From Promethearchaeota archaeon (GTDB lineage Archaea > Asgardarchaeota > Thorarchaeia > Thorarchaeales > Thorarchaeaceae), in assembly GCA_027031765.1 (NCBI GenBank), contig JALVPN010000172.1:1-10448 (forward strand): DNA of 10,448 nt. Reading direction: 5' to 3'. Below are positions 1 to 7,076 of this stretch, one piece after another. The position numbers and the translations under genes are program-made. The notes under the pieces are model-generated. The model was not told the origin of the DNA. It made no database searches and saw only the letters and a list, made by a program, of their open reading frames with translations. Numbering within the stretch: position 1 is the first letter of the stretch; every line of letters begins with the position of its first letter.

Positions 1-74
1 CGGTGTTGCCCAATGGAACGGAGGAACTGCGTCTGCAGGCAGGGGGAGAGGACATCGACCGCCTGAGCCTGGTC

Positions 75-959
75 TCATTGCCGCAGGCCGGTACCAGCCT
101 GGGCCTCGACCCCCAGTGGCGTGGTGAAGGTGAGCCTGCCCTCGTCAAGGCCCTGCTGGAAGCCCTGTGGCCCGTAGAGGACCTCAAAGGGTGGTTCGAT
201 GTCGAGGAACTCGTGGTACTCGTGGGCCCACATCTTGTAGCAGCCCGGACAGTTCGTCACGATCCGTTCAACACCGAGCTCAAGGTACTTCTGGATGTTG
301 TGCTCCGCGAAGACGCGGGCGGTCTCAAAGTCCCCGGTCATGATCATCGGTGCGCCACAGCACCACTCGTCCTCACCGAGGATGGTGAAGTCCTCACCGA
401 TCTTCTCCATGACGAGGGTTGTCGCAATTGTGGCCTGGACTGGCACTGCCTTGAAGGAAGAGGCGCAACCAAAGAAGAACGCAGTCTTGGCAGCGATGCC
501 TACGCGGTCGAGGAGAGCGTCCTCATCAGGGTGCCAGTATGACCAGCCCTCAACGCGGTCCATCTGTGCCTGACCAAGGATGTTCTTTGTCTTCAGGAGG
601 GTCTCGCGTGCGGTGACAAGTGCGTCTGGCCACATGCCCTTCTTGAGGAAGTCGCCACGCAGGGCCTGGTAGACCTTGACAAAGGGGATGTCCACCTGAC
701 AGACCTCCTCGCAACCACCGCAGAGAGTGCACCCGAACACGGCATCCCGGAGGCCCTCAAGGCCCTGTGACGCTTTCAGCCGGCCCTGCATCAGCGCACG
801 CGCCAACAGCATCTTGCCTTTCCCAGAGTAGCTGTCGCGTCGCTTCACCTTGAACGTGGGACACGCACCGTGGCCGACCTGACAGAAGCTACACTGTGCA
901 CAGGTGAAAGGGATTTCCCGGAGACCATACTGTTCAAGGACGGGGAACCTCATGTCCAT
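75..959 (-). CDS. HdrD/GlpC-like Fe-S oxidoreductase (2x[4Fe-4S] plus one CCG domain), apparently C-terminally truncated
   Basis: The translation from ATG 959 (or 953) contains CAQCSFC...CP and CTLCGGCEEVC ferredoxin-type motifs, then CCG-domain motifs FFGC, EWCCG and VTNCPGC. It ends at TGA 75-77 before the expected second CCG domain (YHDPC). The ORF-track extension 960-1271 does not look like this family. Confidence 0.85.
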   Translation of the reverse strand: MDMRFPVLEQYGLREIPFTCAQCSFCQVGHGACPTFKVKRRDSYSGKGKMLLARALMQGRLKASQGLEGLRDAVFGCTLCGGCEEVCQVDIPFVKVYQALRGDFLKKGMWPDALVTARETLLKTKNILGQAQMDRVEGWSYWHPDEDALLDRVGIAAKTAFFFGCASSFKAVPVQATIATTLVMEKIGEDFTILGEDEWCCGAPMIMTGDFETARVFAEHNIQKYLELGVERIVTNCPGCYKMWAHEYHEFLDIEPPFEVLYGPQGFQQGLDEGRLTFTTPLGVEAQAGTGLRQ

Positions 960-996
960 CAACGCCACAGACCAGTCATCACGGCGGTCAGCACAG

Positions 997-1068
997 CAGA
1001 CGGGCCGCCCTAGGGCGTCACGCAGAGAAATGCAGGTAAAATACGTTTCCTTCTTGCAGTACGCACCG
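997..1068. repeat. 72-bp direct repeat, copy 1 (copy 2 at 3128-3199)
   Basis: Manual ungapped alignment to 3128-3199 gives 64/72 identities. The copy is intergenic and lies 38 nt upstream of the HdrD-like start on the minus strand. Confidence 0.95.
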
Positions 1069-1303
1069 GTGCATTGAGGAGCAGAAAGACCGCCCCACCT
1101 AGTATACGAAACTCTGTACAAAGGCCAAGTCCTGTAGCCTTGGGCCAGAAGGGGGCCACCACGGCGAAGTCGTAGATACCGGGACACTCGAGGGTTTCTG
1201 TGATGTCGCAGCTCCGGACACGGGGGACTATTTGCAGGTCGCTCTCTACGCCACCAACGTGAAATATGCACGCACTACAATGGGTGCTGCGGAGTAGGTT
1301 TTG

Positions 1304-1322
1304 GAGCCCCGACAAGGGGCTC
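1304..1322. terminator. Perfect 7-bp stem-loop (GAGCCCC-GACAA-GGGGCTC) downstream of the 1350-2252 gene; possible 3' hairpin or terminator
   Basis: The inverted repeat is directly visible, about 28 nt past the minus-strand stop codon. No U-tract follows it on the coding strand, so its function is uncertain. Confidence 0.35.
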
Positions 1323-1349
1323 ATGCACCTTGTTGCCCATGCGAATCTC

Positions 1350-2252
1350 TCACTGTGACCGCGAGGGCGTTGACTCAAGGTCATCAGATTGGGGCGAATC
1401 ATCCACGTATCTCGACTCATGGAGCGGCCAGCGATCCAAGACCTCGTCAAGCACGTCGCGCTCCGTAGGATGGTCGTACTCAGTAATGTGCCCGGGTATT
1501 AGAAGGCTGGTCACAGCATGCAGTTGTTCTGGTGGGGGCATATCTCTCGGTTCGGCAGCAAGCTGTTTCTGAATCCTCGCCGTGATGTAGTCAAAGTACT
1601 TTGTCCGTTCTTGGACCTCCGGGTTCCTGAGTGCTCCTTCAGTCGGTTGGAATGAGTGCGCAACGCGGACGACCATGTAGTCAGGTTGCTCGTAGGGGAT
1701 GTCCGGGTGTTCGGGCACCTTTGGCACGTAGCCGACATACATGATTTTATACTCACCAGAATATGGCGCAGTAAGCACCTTTACATTGCTCTCTCCCTTG
1801 ATGAGTCCTGCCGCCATACAGATGAGTCCAGGAACAGCAAGTATGAGGGAAGAGAAGCCGCCGGGCGGGCCCAACCAACCCAAGAATGACAGCATGCCAA
1901 TCCCGCTAACAATCGCTCCCAAGACAACAAGGACTGACCCCAAGCCGATTTCCGATACGTTTTTCGCCATTGTTAGCTTGACGCTTGGGGAGCCTGACAT
2001 TGTTCCCGCATAGATGTCGCCGTGTTTCGTATGCCTGACCTCATGCCGTTCGTCACCGACTTCTACGCCTGCATCCTGCAATAGGAAGGCAAGTTCCCTG
2101 TGGAAGTGGTCAACCGGTCTGAACCTCGTCTTTATGTCTGTGAACTCGTAGAAGAACGGATGCCTCAACATCACCTGTCGTAGACTGAGCTCGTCTGAAA
2201 CATCCGCCCTCCATTTCATCTTTCGACTCGTCTTTTTCATGTCCTCTGTCAT
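1350..2252 (-). CDS. Hypothetical membrane protein (300 aa, central two-helix Gly-rich hydrophobic hairpin)
   Basis: Long ORF with AGGGGAGG SD-like sequence just upstream of the ATG. Two hydrophobic segments (IGLGSVLVVLGAIVSGIGMLSFLGWL and FSSLILAVPGLICMAAGLI) are flanked by soluble regions. No family recognised. Confidence 0.8.
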   Translation of the reverse strand: MTEDMKKTSRKMKWRADVSDELSLRQVMLRHPFFYEFTDIKTRFRPVDHFHRELAFLLQDAGVEVGDERHEVRHTKHGDIYAGTMSGSPSVKLTMAKNVSEIGLGSVLVVLGAIVSGIGMLSFLGWLGPPGGFSSLILAVPGLICMAAGLIKGESNVKVLTAPYSGEYKIMYVGYVPKVPEHPDIPYEQPDYMVVRVAHSFQPTEGALRNPEVQERTKYFDYITARIQKQLAAEPRDMPPPEQLHAVTSLLIPGHITEYDHPTERDVLDEVLDRWPLHESRYVDDSPQSDDLESTPSRSQ

Positions 2253-2311
2253 GAAACTGATTCCTCCCCTTCAACGGACAAAGGAATGCAGGCGCTGCCG
2301 TCGAATCGTCC

Positions 2312-2318
2312 TATATTA
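2312..2318 (-). promoter_or_regulatory. Putative TATA box (TAATATA) for the 1350-2252 gene
   Basis: AT-rich heptamer about 60 nt upstream of the ATG in a GC-rich background. Confidence 0.35.
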
Positions 2319-3127
2319 GTCTAACTCGGCTGGACATCGCTGAATGCTTCATTGAAGCCCAAATTGAGCTGGCGTAGCTTGCATCACATGGAGGGGCTGT
2401 GGGCCACGGCCCATTTACGTGGACTTCTGGATAGCCTTTCCGACTCAACAAGTGTATACCAGTCGAAGGGCAAGAAAGAAACAGTCCCCTACAGTGGAAA
2501 AGCGGAGTCCGCGCGTATGTGGGTCTCTTCGTGCCTTCGCACACGCGGGCCCGACAAGAAGACACCGAACTCCGATGCAACATGCAACCGACCTAGAAGC
2601 GATTCTCACCAGAACAGGGCGGAAAGCACTACTCTCAAGGCCACTCTGACAAAGCGTCAGGAAAAGTACAACATTGCCCTGAGGGATGACAGACAACACG
2701 CACGAGTCGGTGTTGACCTCCTTGCAAAGACCCCATTCTTTGTGAATACATGGGATGTCGCAAGAGATGCCGCTCGATATTTCGACCCGTATGGAGGCAC
2801 ACAGATGGTGGTAGGTCTCTTGATGCAGTGTGCTGGACTCTTCCCGTAGCCGGCTGCAAGGGTCCCCCTTCCATGAAGCATGCCTACCTTGACAGTCATG
2901 TGAGATGCTCCGCCGGGCTGGGCCGTCGGTCAGTCCCATTGACAGCTACAGGGCTCTGGCTGAGCAATATATGCGTGCCTCTTGACGGGCGGTCAGCAGG
3001 GTCTGTTGACATGCTGAGGGACACGATGGACGAGGCGTCCGTCGCACAGGAGCACGACCACGCAGGCGCACCTGAGGAGTCGCATCAACGACATCAATAT
3101 GGTATGCGGTGTCACGACACTAAGATA

Positions 3128-3199
3128 CAGACGGGCCGCCCAAGGCCGTCAGACAGAGAAATGCAGGCAAGATACGTTTCCTTCTTGCAGCACGTACCG
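3128..3199. repeat. 72-bp direct repeat, copy 2
   Basis: 64/72 identical to 997-1068, in the same orientation. Confidence 0.95.
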
Positions 3200-3270
3200 A
3201 CCGTGCCACACACCAGCAGTAGCCTCTGGGCCCGCCAGTTGCCCTGACAGACCCCCGTACACAGTAGACG

Positions 3271-3286
3271 CAAGGAAGTCTTATAC
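3271..3286 (+). promoter_or_regulatory. Putative BRE/TATA (CAAGGAAGT-CTTATAC) for the 3373 operon
   Basis: Purine-rich stretch followed by CTTATA, about 87 nt upstream of the ATG. The same CTTATA core occurs at 7908. Confidence 0.4.
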
Positions 3287-3359
3287 AGGCCCTCTGCGGA
3301 AGGTCGGGACAAGTGGCATAGCGTTCACGCTACCGGGGGCCATCTCAGGTCGAGTCCAG

Positions 3360-3367
3360 GGAGGTGA
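3360..3367 (+). promoter_or_regulatory. Shine-Dalgarno GGAGGTGA
   Basis: Perfect SD ending 5 nt before ATG 3373. It supports 3373 over the GTG at 3364, which lies inside the SD. Confidence 0.8.
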
Positions 3368-3372
3368 GGCCG

Positions 3373-4602
3373 ATGGCCAGCTCCGTGTTCGAGGACGAAA
3401 GGGTCAGGCTCTTTGACTGGAAAGTGATAGTGGCGGTAGCCATAATATACTCGATGAATGCGTTCCTACTCGAGGGTGCGAGCAGTCTGTTCCCCCACGA
3501 GGAGCGTGTGACGATTGTCGTGCCTGCATTTGCCTCCATCGTCTTTGGCCCAGTGATTGGAGGCCTGGGCACAGGGTTCGGGAACCTGCTCCTCGACATC
3601 ATCGACAAGTACGTCCTGTCAGACGAGGGGCTTGCTGCGCGCCACGTGCTGGGCTTCTTTGCCAACATGGTGGGTGCGATGGTTGTCGGCCTGTACTCCC
3701 GCAGGACCGTGATTGGTCCGGACGACCGGATATTCACGTGGGAGAGGATACTACAGGCCATAAGGAACACCCTGGCATCAGTCCTCGGCCTCGCTGTGGT
3801 CACGGGTGTGATGATAGGTTACGGGCGGTGGCTGTTGTCCTTTGCCGGGCTCGACACCTACACCTTCGAACAGGGCTCGACCCTTGCCGGGATCATAGTC
3901 ACGAGCAACGGCTTCGTCCTGCTGGTCGCAATGGTGCCACTCCAGCTGGCGTTCCTGTGGGTAGAGAGGCGGCGGGCACGGACATACAGGGACCAGCTCG
4001 AAGAGTCCAGGGCACTGTCAAAGGTGGGCGGCGTGCGTGGAGCACCAGTGCGTGTAGAGTCGTTCAAGGAGCAGGGCAAGGGCTTTGTCCTGCGGCGCTG
4101 GTCAACTGTGAGACTGAAAGTGCGCAACCTGCTCGACATCCCGATGCGTTACCGTGTGGAGGTGCTGGCACAGGACCACGTGGACCCGAACGTGTTCTAC
4201 ACCGAACTCATGACACCCAATGGTGTGGACGTCATAGACCTCCAGGTCTACCCATTCGACGATGCTGAGCGGGTCATCAGACTGGTGTTCCGGCCATGGG
4301 TCGAGAGCATGGACATGCTGCGCGACGTGTTCGAGGACGACCGGCACTTCGCCTACGAGTATACGTACAACGTCCTGTTGCCGGGGAACCGGCGTTTCAG
4401 GGTACTCGTATCAATCGTGGGCATCATGGCACTGATTGTGGCCGTTGCGCAGGCCGTCCGGAGCATGCAGGACGTTGCCACGGGCGTCGCAGCGTCCAGT
4501 GGTTCCCTAGCATTCATGGTGACCGTAGGGGTTGTGGTCGCTGAGTTGCTATTCGTGTTCCTGTGGTACCAGTACAGGAAGCGTCAAGAGGGGGTGGCGT
4601 GA
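3373..4602 (+). CDS. Membrane protein: ECF S-component-like ~6-TM N-terminal domain, soluble beta-rich (Ig-like) domain and C-terminal TM hairpin (409 aa)
   Basis: The motif PAFASIVFGPVIGGLGTGFGNLLLDII resembles the ECF S-component A..FGP..G...G..GNLL.D pattern. About 6 hydrophobic segments precede a polar region (~4000-4370) and two more TMs. Strong SD. Confidence 0.8.
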   Translation: MASSVFEDERVRLFDWKVIVAVAIIYSMNAFLLEGASSLFPHEERVTIVVPAFASIVFGPVIGGLGTGFGNLLLDIIDKYVLSDEGLAARHVLGFFANMVGAMVVGLYSRRTVIGPDDRIFTWERILQAIRNTLASVLGLAVVTGVMIGYGRWLLSFAGLDTYTFEQGSTLAGIIVTSNGFVLLVAMVPLQLAFLWVERRRARTYRDQLEESRALSKVGGVRGAPVRVESFKEQGKGFVLRRWSTVRLKVRNLLDIPMRYRVEVLAQDHVDPNVFYTELMTPNGVDVIDLQVYPFDDAERVIRLVFRPWVESMDMLRDVFEDDRHFAYEYTYNVLLPGNRRFRVLVSIVGIMALIVAVAQAVRSMQDVATGVAASSGSLAFMVTVGVVVAELLFVFLWYQYRKRQEGVA

Positions 4603-4603
4603 G

Positions 4604-5554
4604 GTGGACGACGAGAGACGAGACTGGGAGGAACAACTGACACAGCCAGAACAGCCCGCACCAAGGGGCACTGCACCTGATGACACTGGCAGAGAGAAGG
4701 GCGTGCTCGCTGCTGAACGCCCCGAGACCGCGAACGTCGTGCAAGACAGCAGCGCCATGCGGGTCTTCAGGTCCATACTGGACGTTTCCATGGTGGTAAT
4801 CGCCGGGGCGGTCGCCTACGTCTACTTCGTACAGGACGCGGCCCCTGAAGTAAGGGCCCAGTTCGCAGTCACCATGGGCGGGTTCTTCATCGTGCTAATC
4901 GTACTCGGTCTGCTCATCGTGTGCGAGGGGTGGCAGGGCCGGGACGTCATCAGAGACGTCACACATGAGCGCGGTGAGATTGCACACCTCGGCCCATACT
5001 CCGGCAAGCGCGGCATCCTTGACATAGGTGTCGACCAGCCGTTCGTGCAGTACCACGCGACACCACTGACACTCCGGATCCGCAACATCTCCGACAGCGA
5101 GGGGATTAGAGTGCGGTTCCACTCGATGGACCACATATCACCCAGCAGCATCGACCTGCCAATACCACCGGGCGCCGAGGAGACCATCCACGTCCACGTC
5201 GTGCCGATTGCCATTGGCGAGCGCGACATGTCAATCGAGCTGGCAGACCTGTTCGACGCGGAGGGGCGCCTGATCCCCAAGTACGAGGCGAACACACTCG
5301 CTGTCGAACGCTTCACATACTTCGCCCGTGAGCCGGCATTCGGTGGGATAACGGCAAGCCAGATGAGGCTGCTCAAGACGCTCGCCTCCGTTGCGACCGC
5401 CCTCGTGGTGGGCTCCGGCTTCATACTGGCGTTGTTCGGGGAGGCCCTCGGCGGGATGGAACAGGTGATAAAGACCTATGTCCCGATGCTCGTTATCCTC
5501 CAGGTGCCGGTGTTCTACGTCTACTTCACCCTGAGGAACAGGCTGCCGACCTAG
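4604..5554 (+). CDS. Membrane protein: 2 TM, beta-rich domain paralogous to that of the upstream gene, then 2 TM (316 aa)
   Basis: GTG 4604 lies 1 nt after the upstream TGA, with GAGGGGGTGG as SD. Hydrophobic hairpins flank a domain that aligns by eye with the upstream protein. Confidence 0.8.
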   Translation: MDDERRDWEEQLTQPEQPAPRGTAPDDTGREKGVLAAERPETANVVQDSSAMRVFRSILDVSMVVIAGAVAYVYFVQDAAPEVRAQFAVTMGGFFIVLIVLGLLIVCEGWQGRDVIRDVTHERGEIAHLGPYSGKRGILDIGVDQPFVQYHATPLTLRIRNISDSEGIRVRFHSMDHISPSSIDLPIPPGAEETIHVHVVPIAIGERDMSIELADLFDAEGRLIPKYEANTLAVERFTYFAREPAFGGITASQMRLLKTLASVATALVVGSGFILALFGEALGGMEQVIKTYVPMLVILQVPVFYVYFTLRNRLPT

Positions 5555-5660
5555 CGGTCATCACGTCGCCCCCCGCGGCCCCGGCCGGGCCCGGCACAGT
5601 GCTGGCTGTCACCTCACGGGAGGGCCGGGGGCACCTGACCCAGGGCCTTCCATCTCGCTA

Positions 5661-5669
5661 TGTTTTTAT
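5661..5669 (+). promoter_or_regulatory. Putative TATA-like element TGTTTTTAT upstream of the FAD-NuoB fusion
   Basis: AT-rich island about 64 nt before ATG 5733. An identical 9-mer occurs at 9160-9168. Confidence 0.45.
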
Positions 5670-5732
5670 GTCACGCACGGGGTCGTGGCAGACCGAGAGC
5701 ACTCTCGACCACAGAGATGGAGACGTTTGCTC

Positions 5733-7076
5733 ATGGGGCTTAACAGGCGCCAACTGGCACGGCTGGGCGAGATATTTGGTGACAGACTCATCACCGACAA
5801 GCACGAACTGGTCCTACATGGTGTCGATGTGGGCACGCTCCCGAAACAGGTCGGCTGGCTGATGAACACGAAGCCGGACGCAATCGTCCAGCCGGAGTCG
5901 CCAGAGGAGATAGCCGAGCTCTACAGGTTTGCAAATGAGGAGAGTGTGCCGGTCGTCCCACGCGGTGCAGGGACCTCCGGCTACGGGGGTGCAATCCCCA
6001 GGAAGGGCGGTATCGTTGTTGACATGAGATGGATGCGCCGCGTGCTCACCGTGGACAGAGAAGGGCTGACCATCACCGTCGAGCCGGGGATCTCGTGGGC
6101 AGACCTGCAGTTCGAACTGAACCAGCAGGGCCTCGACCTGCGCTGCTACCCGTCGTCGGGGCTCTCGGCCACCGTGGGTGGATGGGTCTCCCAGGGCGGT
6201 GACGGCATCGGCTCCCTCAAGTACGGCAACATCAACGAGAACGTCGTCGAGCTCGAAGTGGTGCTCCCGAACGGCAAGACGGTCCGGACACGGGACACTG
6301 ACCTGTTCTGCGACACCGAGGGGATACTGGGCATCATAACAAAGGTCACCCTCAAGGTCAAGCCACTCGTACCAATACGGTGCATAGTGGCGAGCTTTCC
6401 GGAGAACTACCTGATGGTCTTCGCCATGGAGAGGATCCTTGAGGAGGGGCCGCTGCCCTTCACAATCAAGTTCGAGGAGAGCAAGTACACAGACCTGAAG
6501 AAGAAGATGTGGGACAGGCCGGAACCGTTCCCGTTCCCTGTGCACCATGGTACGGTGCTCGTTGCCTACGAGGGTGACGACGAGGAGATTGAGGAAGGGT
6601 TTGAGACCGTCCGCCGTGTGGCCGCAGAGCTGAAGGGTACTGTGTATGACGAGCATGTGGCCGAACACGAGTGGGCCGACAGGTTCTATCCAATGCGTGT
6701 GAAGAAGATGGGGCCCACACTCGTCGTCGGGCAGGCCTTTGCACCACTGGAGGGGCTCGAAGGGGTACTCGATGACTTCCAGTTCGAACAGGCCTCTGCC
6801 CCCGCCGGCCTCGACGGGTACGTGACGTCGAGGACTGGCACGACCATCATGGGCTACTTCCTCGAGGACGAACGGCGCCACTTCTTCATGCTGTCGTGGT
6901 CGCAGAGCTTCATCATATTCAAGCTCGCCCAGAAGTACGGTGGCCATGTCCACAGTACCGGTATATGGTTCGCCAACTATGCAGAACAGTACTTCGGCAA
7001 GCGACGCCTGGCACGGATCCGGGCGGCAAAGCTGAAGTTCGACCCGAAGGAGATATCGAACCCAGGGAAGGTATTC
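5733..7076 (+). other. FAD-binding PCMH domain plus FAD-oxidase C-terminal domain of the fusion
   Basis: Family motifs from PDAIVQP to NPGKVF; about 448 aa, a typical size for GlcD-like proteins. Confidence 0.9.

Noticed and set aside
1-77. UGA at 75-77 as selenocysteine or read-through extending the HdrD-like protein
   Set aside because: Homology is already lost about 10 codons before the UGA, it is not at a Cys-equivalent position, and the downstream residues do not match a CCG domain (only a chance-like LRSI).
3-542. 179-aa + strand ORF
   Set aside because: Mostly antisense to the HdrD-like gene. Only its first ~35 codons could belong to unrelated sequence beyond the junction, which cannot be resolved here.
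1036-1059. The repeat core resembles a 24-nt spliceosomal mini-intron: CAG|GTAAAA...TTTCCTTCTTGCAG| in copy 1 and CAG|GCAAGA...CAG| in copy 2 (3167-3190)
   Set aside because: Prokaryotic context, no flanking exons forming a sensible + strand gene, no branch point, and too short. Treated as coincidence.
1030-1077. Mini-ORF MQVKYVSFLQYAPVH inside the repeat, with counterpart MQARYVSFLQHVP... at 3161-3247
   Set aside because: All differences between the copies are non-synonymous, lengths differ (15 vs 28 aa), and there is no good SD. Not supported as a conserved peptide.
2352-2939. ORFs 2352-2849 (+) and 2445-2939 (-) as genes
   Set aside because: Atypical composition, no recognisable domain, mutual overlap and no clear SD. 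Left unannotated.
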